Shown: in pieces, positions 48,581-58,508 of the stretch | How positions within the stretch are numbered: position 1 is the first letter of the stretch | Layout of the letters: each line of letters starts with the position of its first letter | Assembly: GCA_029565685.1 (NCBI GenBank) | Contig: JAKQNR010000010.1 | Span: 34,404-98,403, forward strand | From: a bacterium | GTDB lineage: Bacteria; Zhuqueibacterota; Zhuqueibacteria; Residuimicrobiales; Residuimicrobiaceae | Length of the DNA: 64,000 bases | Reading direction: 5' to 3' | Position numbers and translations under genes: made by a program | Notes under the pieces: generated by a model | Told to the model about the DNA's origin: nothing | What the model saw: the letters and a program-made list of their open reading frames with translations, nothing else | The model's database searches: none

Positions 48581-48626
48581 AACCTCAGTTCACCGCTTTG
48601 ATGGGTGGACTGAGGTTTTCTATTTA
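48581..48626 (+). terminator. Rho-independent terminator
   Basis: AACCTCAGTTCACC-gctttgat-GGGTGGACTGAGGTT followed by TTTCTATTT. Confidence 0.65.
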
Positions 48627-48687
48627 AAACCCGATTACGGTACGATCGGCAAACGGTCGCCGCCAATCCAGAACCCATTTCTCCGCT

Positions 48688-49881
48688 ATGGACGCACTGA
48701 AATCCGAAGTAAAAGAACCTCGCCGGCTTGTTGAGAAAAACTGGTTCCTGTGGGCTAACCTCATCCTGGCTCTGGGGCTGATCGGCTTTACCCTTATCAT
48801 CGAGTTGTCGGCCGAGCCTCCCTTTGAAGCTTATCAAAAGGCGCGCAAAGCAGTGAGCCTGGCCCGCCAAAGTCAAGCGAACATCTACATGGTGGATGAG
48901 CTGATCGATGCCGAGTATTTGCTGGAACAGAGCAAACTGGCCTGGCAGCGCGAGAACCGCCGCTGGCGGGTGAATCGTAATTTCTATTCCGCGCGCCGGC
49001 TGGCGGCGCAGTGCTCCACCAAAGCAGCCCATGCCGCTGCGCGCAGCATCGCCAAGCGCGACTCCCTGCGCGAGTTGACTCAAAACGGCATCCGCGAGAT
49101 CAAAGCGCAGATCGAGGCTTTTCGACCTGATTTCCAATCCCTGCCGTTGGACAACCGGCTGCGCCAGAAATACGTGCTCAGCGAGCTCGCTATCATGGAG
49201 AGCGAGGCGGCCTTTAAACGGCAGGACTATAAAAAAGCAGCGGCCCGGTATAAAACCGCGGCCGACTATATCAGCCGGGCGGGCAGCGAAGCCACCGCCA
49301 CGATCACCAACTATTATTCCAATGCGCCCAGGTGGCGTCAATGGGTGCAAGAGACCGTGCGCTGGTCCAAAGAAAACAACGACGTGGCCATTGTGGTCGA
49401 CAAGATCGACCATGAATGTCATCTCTACTCCAACGGCGAAAAAATACGCGAATTCAACATCGAACTGGGTCCCAATTGGATCGGCCACAAACTGCAACGC
49501 GGCGACAACGCCACGCCAGAGGGCTGCTATCGCATTCGCCGCAAAAAGGCCAACGGTCAAACAAAATACTATTTGGCCATGGAGATCGATTACCCCAATG
49601 ATCAAGACCGCGCCCGTTTTTATACCGCCAAAGCCCGCGGCGAAATCGCCGGCAACGCGACTATCGGCGGCCTGATCGAAATCCACGGCGACGGCGGCAA
49701 GGGCGCCAACTGGACCGCCGGCTGTGTGGCGCTGGCCAATCCTGATATGGAAAAGCTGTTCAAGCTCTGCAAGGTGGGCACTCCGGTCACCATTGTCGGC
49801 TCCAGCAAAGGAACGCCGGTGAGAACCGCAACCCGATCCCTTTCCGACAACGGCGCCAAAAACGTGAGGAGCGCCGAATAA
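48688..49881 (+). CDS. L,D-transpeptidase-fold protein, YafK/DpaA-like, with TM anchor and DUF4398-like helical N-region
   Basis: YkuD motif IEIHGDGGKGANWTAGCVAL plus YafK-like PEGCYRI..EIDYPNDQD. N-terminal helices YQKARKAVSLARQSQANIYMVDELIDAEYLL. Confidence 0.8.
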   Translation: MDALKSEVKEPRRLVEKNWFLWANLILALGLIGFTLIIELSAEPPFEAYQKARKAVSLARQSQANIYMVDELIDAEYLLEQSKLAWQRENRRWRVNRNFYSARRLAAQCSTKAAHAAARSIAKRDSLRELTQNGIREIKAQIEAFRPDFQSLPLDNRLRQKYVLSELAIMESEAAFKRQDYKKAAARYKTAADYISRAGSEATATITNYYSNAPRWRQWVQETVRWSKENNDVAIVVDKIDHECHLYSNGEKIREFNIELGPNWIGHKLQRGDNATPEGCYRIRRKKANGQTKYYLAMEIDYPNDQDRARFYTAKARGEIAGNATIGGLIEIHGDGGKGANWTAGCVALANPDMEKLFKLCKVGTPVTIVGSSKGTPVRTATRSLSDNGAKNVRSAE

Positions 49882-49925
49882 CCTGTCACGGAACCGGCGT
49901 TGGTTCGAACCCCTGTTCCAAGCAC

Positions 49926-50678
49926 GTGGTGAACAAAAAGACTATGAACGCCAAAACCGAAACCCTAGCGATCAAAGAGACCATCGACTTCCATCCGGAG
50001 GAGACTGAAAAGAAGATCGGCCTGGCCGCTTTTCTTGGCTTGGTTGTGGGTCTGATTCTCGCTTTCTTTGTCTTTCTCTATGCCCCGCTGCTGCGCGATT
50101 ACCTCTACTGGATCGTGCCGGAGACGAAATCTTTTTTTATGGACCAGCAGGCGGATGCCGGCCGCTACGCCCAAGAACTAGAACGGGTGGAGAAACGCCT
50201 TGCCGCTGCCCGGAAAAAGTTAAATGCATTGCAGCCCAAGGAAAATTATCTGATCGTCGACACTTCCGGCAATCAGATCTTTCTGATGAAGGACGGTCAG
50301 GTCCTGCATCAGGGCACCTGTTCCACCGGCAAATACGTATTGCTCAAGGTCTCCAAAAAGAAACAGTATGTCTTCAAGACGCCGCGCGGGCTGTTCCGCG
50401 TCCAGCAGAAACAGAAACGTCCCGTCTGGTATAAGCCGGATTGGGCTTTCATCGAGGAGGCGCTGCCCATTCCACCAAGAGATCACCCGGACCGCTTCGA
50501 GGCCGGCGTGCTCGGCAACTATGCCCTGGCCCTCGGCGACGGTTATTTGATCCACGGAACCCTCTATAAACGTTTTCTCGGCCAACCGGTCACCCACGGC
50601 TGCGTCCGGCTGGATGACGAAACCCTGGAGATCGTCTATCAGGGGATGCAGACCAACGGCAAGGTGTATATCTATTAA
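49926..50678 (+). CDS. L,D-transpeptidase (YkuD domain)
   Basis: IHGTLYKRFLGQPVTHGCVRLDDE. The track start is GTG 49926; alternative ATG at 49944. Confidence 0.85.
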   Translation: MVNKKTMNAKTETLAIKETIDFHPEETEKKIGLAAFLGLVVGLILAFFVFLYAPLLRDYLYWIVPETKSFFMDQQADAGRYAQELERVEKRLAAARKKLNALQPKENYLIVDTSGNQIFLMKDGQVLHQGTCSTGKYVLLKVSKKKQYVFKTPRGLFRVQQKQKRPVWYKPDWAFIEEALPIPPRDHPDRFEAGVLGNYALALGDGYLIHGTLYKRFLGQPVTHGCVRLDDETLEIVYQGMQTNGKVYIY

Positions 50679-50729
50679 ATCGAAAGAACATGCCCTGATG
50701 AGGACCCAGAGCCACTTCCGGTTAAGGCC

Positions 50730-51557
50730 ATGACGATTAAACGCAAAAAACGCAACCTGCTTCCGGTTTTCAAAGACCGCAGACCGGCCCAGCTGACCTT
50801 TCTGATCAGCCTGTTGATCCCCGTGTTGCTCGCTTTCGTCTTTCTGGTGATTCTGCCCGTGCTGCAGAGCACAGAGATGTTAAAGAAGAACCGTCTGCAG
50901 ACCAAACAGACCGCTGCGTTGATTCCGCCGGACCGCGAATCCGCCCATAAAATGGCCGCCTTGCTGGCGGAAGAGGCCTATGTCAATTCGCTGAATAAAC
51001 TGGCGCTGCAGGATTCCGTCACTCTGCTGGTGGATCTGCAGGACAGCCTGGCCGCGCTATGCATCAAAGGGGTGATGGTGCGCAAATGCCGGCTGGTCCA
51101 TTTTCGTAAAAGCTATGCCATCCGCCATTTCAAGAGCCAAGACAGTCTCTACAACTGGCTATATCCGCCCTTTGTGGTGTTAAAGGAATATGCCACGGTG
51201 CCTAAATCCCCTATCCGTATGATGAAAGCGCCCAAGGACAGCAACGAAGCCCGAGTGTATGCCCAGGAAGAGACAAAACCGGTTGAAGAAAAAGATGTTC
51301 ATTTTACGTTGGAATGCTCGCGCGGATTGAATTTGCGTTTCGAACAGATCCAGCAAGCGGATGTAGCGGGCTGGCGGGAAAAATGGAAATTCGAGATGGA
51401 ACAGATCTTGGAACAGGCCAGGCTGACCTTGAAAGCCCTGCGTCGCGGTCAGCTGCCGCAACATCAGCTTTGGATCGAGATGGACATCAGTCCGGAAGAC
51501 GCCAAGGCCATCTATCGCGCTCTGCCGAAAAAAGCCGGACTCGCCCTGCGCCTCTAA
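50730..51557 (+). CDS. Hypothetical single-pass membrane protein
   Basis: Basic N-terminus plus TM helix LTFLISLLIPVLLAFVFLVILPVL. Same strand as the YkuD genes and 51 nt downstream of them. Confidence 0.6.
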   Translation: MTIKRKKRNLLPVFKDRRPAQLTFLISLLIPVLLAFVFLVILPVLQSTEMLKKNRLQTKQTAALIPPDRESAHKMAALLAEEAYVNSLNKLALQDSVTLLVDLQDSLAALCIKGVMVRKCRLVHFRKSYAIRHFKSQDSLYNWLYPPFVVLKEYATVPKSPIRMMKAPKDSNEARVYAQEETKPVEEKDVHFTLECSRGLNLRFEQIQQADVAGWREKWKFEMEQILEQARLTLKALRRGQLPQHQLWIEMDISPEDAKAIYRALPKKAGLALRL

Positions 51558-51574
51558 CGGTCCCCTTCCCCCCT

Positions 51575-54500
51575 TTATTTCTCATACTTCCAGATAAGAT
51601 CCAATCCAGTGCTCTTTTCATCGCCTCGAACCGCCTGAAAGAACAGCGAACGGGTGATCTCATACTCCAGGGTCACCTGCTCCGGGGTGGTGTCATAGGT
51701 GCGCCCCATCTTGATCTCCCGTTGATAACTGAGGAAGAGATCGTTGGTGATATATTTTCCGACCACCACCGTGGCCTGACGCCAATTGTTATCCCCTTTA
51801 AACTCGATCACATCCAGATCCAACGAGTTTCGAATCGCCCTGGTCACCTGGCCGGCCAATTGTCCGGCCACCAGATCTTTGACCGCATCGCTGTTCAATC
51901 CCGGTTGATCCTGCGCCATATCGGAGCGCTGTCCTTGAGTCAAAGCGTCGAAATTCATGCCGAACAGCAGATAGGCGATGGCATCGGTCTCGGCGATCTC
52001 GATCTCGTCGAGCAGAAAAGACAGCCTGGGCTCACGCAGTTCACCGCTCACCTTCAGGTGCAGCACCCGTTTGATCTTGTCCGCGCTGCGGAACACATGC
52101 TTCGCCTTGAGATCCACCACCGGATTGAGCTCGCGGCCGCCCTGAAACGCGATGGTTCCGCTCTCAATCTCAAACCGCCGGCCATAGAGGCTGTAATCAC
52201 CGCGCATCATTTCGATGACGCCGAAAAGTTCGACCACGGCGCCGTCCATAAGGATATTGAGCTTGCCGGAGATCTCGATGTTCATCTCCGGACTGCGCAG
52301 CCAGGTGTTGCGAGGGATCTCCACTTTGATGGATCCGTGCACATTTTTCAACCGATTGATCATCGATGAATCCGAGGACGCTGTTGCCTGATCCTGCAGC
52401 GAATCCTGACGCAGGGTCATCAGCAGAGGCTGTTCCCGCGTCGCCGATGCAGCGCCCATGCTGGTCACGCTTGGTAGGTTGAACCGGGAGCGCACCACCA
52501 GGATATCGCCGTCAAAGTGCGGCGCTGCGAATGAATTGCTCAAACGCACAGTGCCGTTCATCACCAGCGTCCTGTCACGGGTATCCATGACGTTGAACTG
52601 ATCGGCCTGCAGCGTCAGGTCGAGCTGATGCAACTGCGTCTGCAAACCGCTGCCGATAAAGTGGACCGAGCCGGCGCCCGAGATATGGCCATCTCCGCTG
52701 CTGATCCTGAGCCTGTCGAGGCGGATCTGGCTGCTGTCGGTGCTGACCTCGAGCTGAATGTCTGAATAGGTTTTTCCGATCTGCGGAATGTAAGCCTTTC
52801 CGCCGGTGATTCGAAGGAATCCGGCGGGCCGTGGATCCCGAAGCGTGTTCGTCAGACGAATGTCGCAGTTCAACCGTCCCTGCACCTGACGCACCTGATG
52901 GGTGGCCTGGGAAATAAAGGAAAGATCCATATCCTGTGTCTGCAGCGAGGCGGAAAAAGGTCGGTCCGGATACAAAATATCCTGCTGGTTGGTGAGGGCC
53001 AAGTTCATGGGCGCCAGAAAGTTAAAATACAGCCGGTTCTCCCCATCGCCGTGCAGAACCGTATGCCAGTCCATCTTCTCCTGCGCATATCTCATTTGTC
53101 CATCAAAGCGGCTGAAAGACAGCCCGTTGATCCGGCCCGGGCCGATGTTAAGCTGGGAGGTCATCAGCGGATCATCCGCAGTGCCTGTCATCAAAAAGCC
53201 GCCAAAGGTGTCGCCCTGCAGAGCCGGCAGAGCATGGGTGAGCCGATTCAGCTGGCTTATCTCGATTCGCGACCAATTCACTGCCAACGACTCTTGCGCG
53301 GACCAGCTGAAAAAGCCGGCAGTGGATAAGCGCTGATCATCGCAGCTCAGTTCGAGACGCCTGAGATAATAGGTCGAGTCCTTGACCACCACCCTGCTGC
53401 TGTCGCTTCCCCCATACCAGTTTTGATCCTTCAGCTGCAGATGCATGAAAGGAAAGTTCAAATAGATCGGCCGCTGATCCCAGTGTGTGGTAAAGTGGCT
53501 GCGGGCTTCGATGCTGTCGCTGATAAACGCATGCAAGTCTGTATGCAGCGAGTCGGAAAAGAGGCGGTTGGCGAAACGAATCGAGTCGATGGCGATGATG
53601 GAAACCTGGCCGCCGCGTGCCACGCCGTCGATATGGCCGTCCAGACTGTCCGGCAAGATGGATAAATGCAGATAGCCGATGATCGAATCCGCTTTCATGC
53701 CGTCATACTGAATGTCCGACCAGCGCACATCGACGTGCAAATTCAGCGAATCGACCGCACCTTTCAGCGTGCCCTGGTAGGGGCCGCGGGCGTGCAGCGT
53801 ATCGGCCAAAGCCAGGCCGCGGATGGGGTTGGGTTCGTGGATCATTCCGCTGAATTGAAAATCCACGCTGTCGAATGAAAAAAAAGTGCCCTGGGCTTTC
53901 AAGTCGGTGACCGGACTGATCAGCGAAAGATGCGGCACCCGCACTCTTCTTGAGTCGATCTCCAGAAGACAGGTGAGGCTGTCCAAAGGATAGTCATTAT
54001 AGGTTGATGGAAAAACGCGCACCTTCGCCTGACCCAAGAGGTCCCCGGTCAACCCCTGGCCCGATGCCGTACAGCTGAGGTTCAGATCGCTGGCCAGGGT
54101 GTCGAGGGAAAACAATCGCGCCAAATCGACCTTCTGAAGGGCGGTCTCCAGATTCCACACCGGCGGTCCGGAGGAAAGGATCAGATCGAAAAGCGCTTGC
54201 CCCTGTCCCCAGGGCGTTCTGGCCTCCACAACGGTTTTCAACCTCTGATCAGCCAGCGTTGCGCTGATCTCTGTTTTTCCCAACTCGAGACCGTTGAGAC
54301 GAAAATCGCGCAGTTTGGCTTCGGCCGACCATTCCGCCTTAGCCAGCTCTAAACCATGACCGGCGGCATGAACGCTGCCGGAGAGCGACAGATGATCCGA
54401 AACCGGCCACCAGTCCGCCGGATCCACATGATCTAGCTCCAGCCGAGTCTCGAGCGTAGCCGGCTTTTTTCTCCGATCGATCGTCACATTTAAGACCACA

Positions 54501-55381
54501 CTCTGCTGCTGCTGTTCAACCATCGCAAGGACCTGCAGAACCTCGGCTGAACCTTTTATTTGCGCCTCGACCATGGGCCGACCCAGCACCTCAAAACCAG
54601 GTATAAACGCCTTGATCTCTCTGGCATCCACAGGTTCGCCGATCAGATGAAGATCCAGGCTCACAGGGCGATGGGGAACAATCTCTCCCTTTGCTCGAAT
54701 CAAAGAGCCATCCGTTTTGATCAGCAGGTCGGAGATGTACAGCACACTGTCGCGCTGAGCAGCGCTGCCGTGCATTTCGATGATCCGAAGATCCGGATGT
54801 TCCACAACTCCGTACAGCTGATAAAGCGCCAGGTTGGTCTTCGTGCGCAGTGCGGCGATGTGCGCGTGAACGGTGAGATCGCTCAGCCGTCTGGGAAGGG
54901 AAGGCGGTGGATCGTTGAGGGCGAAGCCGATTCCGCCCTGATGGATCCACAGCGTGTCAACGATGACCTGCCAGAACCGGCGGCCGCCTGAAGAGGAGGA
55001 AAAAAACTGTGGAAGATTGAACGTTCCGTCAGGCAGTTGGCGGATGCGCAGTTGGGGCTCTTCCAGGATCAGTTGCCGAATATCCAGTCGGCTGCGAAAC
55101 AGCGCCCACGGATTCCAGATCATCGTGACGTCGCGGCAGGTGAACAACGTATCTCCTTTGTTCTGCACGACGATATCATCGAGGCTGAGATATTGCCACA
55201 GATTGCCGTGCAAGCGTCCCAGAGTCACCGACACGCCGGTCTGTGCCTCCAGTACGCCGCCGAGAACGAGGCCGATGTAGGAATGAACGAACGGCATCTG
55301 AGTGAGCAGCGCGGTGCTGAGCACAAAAAGGAGCAGAACCAACGCCAGCGCCAGCGCGATTTTGACTATTTTCTTCAGCAT
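51575..55381 (-). CDS. tamB: Translocation and assembly module protein TamB-like (DUF490)
   Basis: Start chosen at MLKKIVKIALALALVLLLFVLS (ATG 55381, TM anchor). Long beta-rich body. DUF490-like end ..LFLSYQREIKMG..VTLEYEITRSLFFQAVRGDEKSTGLDLIWKYEK. Confidence 0.8.
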   Translation of the reverse strand: MLKKIVKIALALALVLLLFVLSTALLTQMPFVHSYIGLVLGGVLEAQTGVSVTLGRLHGNLWQYLSLDDIVVQNKGDTLFTCRDVTMIWNPWALFRSRLDIRQLILEEPQLRIRQLPDGTFNLPQFFSSSSGGRRFWQVIVDTLWIHQGGIGFALNDPPPSLPRRLSDLTVHAHIAALRTKTNLALYQLYGVVEHPDLRIIEMHGSAAQRDSVLYISDLLIKTDGSLIRAKGEIVPHRPVSLDLHLIGEPVDAREIKAFIPGFEVLGRPMVEAQIKGSAEVLQVLAMVEQQQQSVVLNVTIDRRKKPATLETRLELDHVDPADWWPVSDHLSLSGSVHAAGHGLELAKAEWSAEAKLRDFRLNGLELGKTEISATLADQRLKTVVEARTPWGQGQALFDLILSSGPPVWNLETALQKVDLARLFSLDTLASDLNLSCTASGQGLTGDLLGQAKVRVFPSTYNDYPLDSLTCLLEIDSRRVRVPHLSLISPVTDLKAQGTFFSFDSVDFQFSGMIHEPNPIRGLALADTLHARGPYQGTLKGAVDSLNLHVDVRWSDIQYDGMKADSIIGYLHLSILPDSLDGHIDGVARGGQVSIIAIDSIRFANRLFSDSLHTDLHAFISDSIEARSHFTTHWDQRPIYLNFPFMHLQLKDQNWYGGSDSSRVVVKDSTYYLRRLELSCDDQRLSTAGFFSWSAQESLAVNWSRIEISQLNRLTHALPALQGDTFGGFLMTGTADDPLMTSQLNIGPGRINGLSFSRFDGQMRYAQEKMDWHTVLHGDGENRLYFNFLAPMNLALTNQQDILYPDRPFSASLQTQDMDLSFISQATHQVRQVQGRLNCDIRLTNTLRDPRPAGFLRITGGKAYIPQIGKTYSDIQLEVSTDSSQIRLDRLRISSGDGHISGAGSVHFIGSGLQTQLHQLDLTLQADQFNVMDTRDRTLVMNGTVRLSNSFAAPHFDGDILVVRSRFNLPSVTSMGAASATREQPLLMTLRQDSLQDQATASSDSSMINRLKNVHGSIKVEIPRNTWLRSPEMNIEISGKLNILMDGAVVELFGVIEMMRGDYSLYGRRFEIESGTIAFQGGRELNPVVDLKAKHVFRSADKIKRVLHLKVSGELREPRLSFLLDEIEIAETDAIAYLLFGMNFDALTQGQRSDMAQDQPGLNSDAVKDLVAGQLAGQVTRAIRNSLDLDVIEFKGDNNWRQATVVVGKYITNDLFLSYQREIKMGRTYDTTPEQVTLEYEITRSLFFQAVRGDEKSTGLDLIWKYEK

Positions 55382-55454
55382 CCCGATGTTGGATGAAAAC
55401 GCATACCTTCGCTCTTTTCTACGGCCGGCGAATTCACCCGCCGACCGGCTTGGA

Positions 55455-57320
55455 TTAAAACGCCTGGCCAATACTGATATGAACCTGCATCGGACTTTTT
55501 CCCTGGCCGAGCGGCCACGCCAGATCCAGGCGAATGGGCCCGATCGGCGTCTGAAAACGCAGACCAGCGCCGCAGGCATGGCGCAATTCAGACCAGGGAA
55601 AGGTGAGATAATCGCTCCAGACGTTGCCGATGTCATAGAACACGACGCCGTGGAGCATCTTGTACAATGGATAGCGCAGCTCCGCGCTGGCCTCGGCCTG
55701 GCTGTTGCCGCCCAGAGGCTTGTTCACCGAACTGACGGGGCCCAGCATGCTCCGACCCCAGCCGCGCACCGAATTGGAGCCGCCGGAGTAAAACCGCTCT
55801 TCCAGAGGTGTGACCTTGTCCTCATAAAGCGGCTTCATCGATCCGATTTTTGCCCGCATGGCGAACACGTACCCTTCCATCAACTTGGTGTATTTGCGCG
55901 ATTCAAAAATCCAGCGGAGAAAATGAAAATCGCTCTGCAGCCCCACGCCCGTGAGTGTAAGGGTGGCGGCATGATACCAACCGCGTTGCGGTTGAAACAG
56001 AGGATAAGAGCGATCATTCACCCAGCCAAAGGTTACGCTGGATTTGTTGTACAGCTTGATGTCCTGATTCTTCAGCGCCTCGGCGAGGGTCATCTCGCTC
56101 ACGCTCAACCGATCCCGTTCGTAGACATAGCTGACCGAGCCATCCGTATAATACGAAAAACGCTGCTGATAGCTGAAATCAGCGCCATAGCGCTTGATGG
56201 AAAATCCCGGCTCTTTTTCCGAACGGCTGAAAGGGCTCAACGACAAAAAGGCGCCAGGATGGATAAAGGCCGGCTGAATGAGCTTGAGCAGAATGTTATA
56301 GGGCTCGAGCTTGCTGTGTTTGGCCGTCAAAGAAAGGCTGCGACCGCCGCCGAGCGCATTGAGAAATCGCAGATCGCCGGAAAAGCGCAGCTGCTCCTCC
56401 CGGCCATAGCCCACGCCCAATTTGGTGGTCAACCGCGGCGCTTCTTTGACGATCAGCTCCACCGGCAGTACATGATGATGCGATTCATTGGTGGATACTT
56501 TGATGGTCACATATTGAAAAAGGCCCAGCTGATAGATAAAGCGTTGGGAGCGCTGCACCACCTCCTGGCTGTAGCGGTCGTTCGGTTTGAACGCCACCTG
56601 TTTGACGATCAGCGAAGAATCGGTGCGATGGTTGCCGGAGACCGAGATCGGGCCAAAGCGGCACAAGGGTCCCTGATCGATCTCGAAAAACAGATCCGCG
56701 AGATAATCCGATTCACGCAAGACCGGTTTGACCGCCACCTGGGCATACAGATAGCCGTTGTTGGAGAGTGTGGCGGTCAGGGCGGTTTTATCCTGCTGGA
56801 TCGCCTCATCGCGGAACCTCTGACCGCGACTCAATACCAGCTTGCCCTTTTCGTCGCGAAAAACCTTATTCAGGTACGGACGGCTGCTGGAGTCGTCATG
56901 GGCAAAATGGTGTTCGATGCGGTCGATCGATACAGGTTTGCCCTCCTGAATGACGATGTTTACGGCAACGGTTTGATTGCGGTCATTGAACGCCAGCTCG
57001 CGGTTGACCTGCACATCGATGAATCCCTCGCGCTGGTAAAAGGCGGTGAGTGTTTTTACATCCTGCTGCAGCAAAGGCTCGCTGTATTCGGCGGACTTGC
57101 CCAGCAGAAACCGCTTCCAGGGGGATGGGATGCGCGTGATCATCTGCTCTGACAACGCCCGATGGGAAAAAAAGTGATTGCCCGTGAAAGTGAGGGCGGA
57201 AAGGCGGTACTCCTCCGCAGCCGCTGAAAGCGAGGCCGCTGCCAGGAGCGCACACCAAAGACCGCCGATCAGGGACGACCGGCGGAAGATTCGAAAACCC
57301 TTGATCATGCAGCCAGCCAT
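55455..57320 (-). CDS. Omp85-family outer-membrane protein with POTRA domains (TamA/BamA-like)
   Basis: Signal peptide, POTRA-like repeats, and a barrel ending ..MQVHISIGQAF. Sits directly upstream of the tamB-like gene. Alternative ATG at 57308. Confidence 0.85.
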   Translation of the reverse strand: MAGCMIKGFRIFRRSSLIGGLWCALLAAASLSAAAEEYRLSALTFTGNHFFSHRALSEQMITRIPSPWKRFLLGKSAEYSEPLLQQDVKTLTAFYQREGFIDVQVNRELAFNDRNQTVAVNIVIQEGKPVSIDRIEHHFAHDDSSSRPYLNKVFRDEKGKLVLSRGQRFRDEAIQQDKTALTATLSNNGYLYAQVAVKPVLRESDYLADLFFEIDQGPLCRFGPISVSGNHRTDSSLIVKQVAFKPNDRYSQEVVQRSQRFIYQLGLFQYVTIKVSTNESHHHVLPVELIVKEAPRLTTKLGVGYGREEQLRFSGDLRFLNALGGGRSLSLTAKHSKLEPYNILLKLIQPAFIHPGAFLSLSPFSRSEKEPGFSIKRYGADFSYQQRFSYYTDGSVSYVYERDRLSVSEMTLAEALKNQDIKLYNKSSVTFGWVNDRSYPLFQPQRGWYHAATLTLTGVGLQSDFHFLRWIFESRKYTKLMEGYVFAMRAKIGSMKPLYEDKVTPLEERFYSGGSNSVRGWGRSMLGPVSSVNKPLGGNSQAEASAELRYPLYKMLHGVVFYDIGNVWSDYLTFPWSELRHACGAGLRFQTPIGPIRLDLAWPLGQGKSPMQVHISIGQAF

Positions 57321-57324
57321 CCGC

Positions 57325-58440
57325 TCATTCGTCCGACCGCCCCTTCAGCGCCGCAGCCGCGTGAGATTCGACCTCGCTGAACACCCGTAAAAAATTTTCG
57401 CCCCAAATTTTGCGCAGCCTTTGTTCCGTATAGCCGCGCCGCATCATCTCGTGGGTCAAATTGGGCAATTCGCTCACATCATCGCAGCCGATGACCCCGC
57501 CTCCGCCATCGAAATCCGTGCCGATGCCCACGTACTCATCTCCCACCAGCTTCACCACATGGTCGATATGATCCACCACGTCGCGCACCGAGGCGCGCCG
57601 GCCCGTTGACCGCGGAATGACGTAATCAGAGAGAATGCACATCTGCAGCACGCCGCCCTTTTCCGCCAGCTTGCGGATCATGTCATCGCTGAGATTGCGC
57701 GGATGGTCGCACAGCGCCCGGCAGCAGGAATGGCTGGCGATGACCGGCGCGGCGGAAAGCGCCACGACGTCGTAAAACGTCTCATCCGACGCATGCGAGA
57801 CATCGACGAGCATGCCCAGACGATTCATCTCCCGCACCGTCTTTTCGCCGAAAGCGGACAAGCCGTGGTGCATCGCGCCATGGGGGTCGGTGGACGAATC
57901 GCACAGTTGGTTGTTGGTGGAGTGGCACAGGGTGATGTAGCGCACGCCTTGCTGATAATAGCGGCCGATGGCGGTCACCTCTTCGGCCAGGGGAAATCCG
58001 TTTTCCAGCCCGATGTAAATGGACAATTTGCCCATCGCCTCATTCTCTCGGGCATGCTGGGATTGGGTCGCCAGCGAGACCCGGTCGCTCAAGTCCAAGC
58101 ATATACGATGCACCCGACCCAGCAACGCATCCGCTTTCGCCCGGGCCAAGCGATAATTTTCCTGGGTGAGCGGACGTTGGCCGACAAACACCGCGAAAAA
58201 GGAGGCGTCGAGATTGCCGTCGGCCATGCGCGGCAGATCGACCTTGCCGCCGGCGCGATCGCCGCCTTGATGGCGCACCGAGATATCCCAGGCCGGATCG
58301 GACAGGCGCAGCGGCGTGTCGCAATGGGTGTCGATCGTCAACAAGGCGCGATGCATCGCCTGGCTGTGCAGGGAATCCACCTGGGCGGTCAAGGAAAGGG
58401 GGAAGATCAACAGTACATAGATTAGGCAGGTCTTGAACAT
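57325..58440 (-). CDS. Membrane dipeptidase, peptidase family M19
   Basis: Motif LTIDTHCDTP, followed by further renal-dipeptidase-like regions; signal peptide present. Confidence 0.9.
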   Translation of the reverse strand: MFKTCLIYVLLIFPLSLTAQVDSLHSQAMHRALLTIDTHCDTPLRLSDPAWDISVRHQGGDRAGGKVDLPRMADGNLDASFFAVFVGQRPLTQENYRLARAKADALLGRVHRICLDLSDRVSLATQSQHARENEAMGKLSIYIGLENGFPLAEEVTAIGRYYQQGVRYITLCHSTNNQLCDSSTDPHGAMHHGLSAFGEKTVREMNRLGMLVDVSHASDETFYDVVALSAAPVIASHSCCRALCDHPRNLSDDMIRKLAEKGGVLQMCILSDYVIPRSTGRRASVRDVVDHIDHVVKLVGDEYVGIGTDFDGGGGVIGCDDVSELPNLTHEMMRRGYTEQRLRKIWGENFLRVFSEVESHAAAALKGRSDE

Positions 58441-58508
58441 GGAATTTTGCTTCCTCTCATCATTCTTCGGTCAGGAGCAGTGCCTGCTTCTTCCTGAGCC
58501 ACGGGCAG

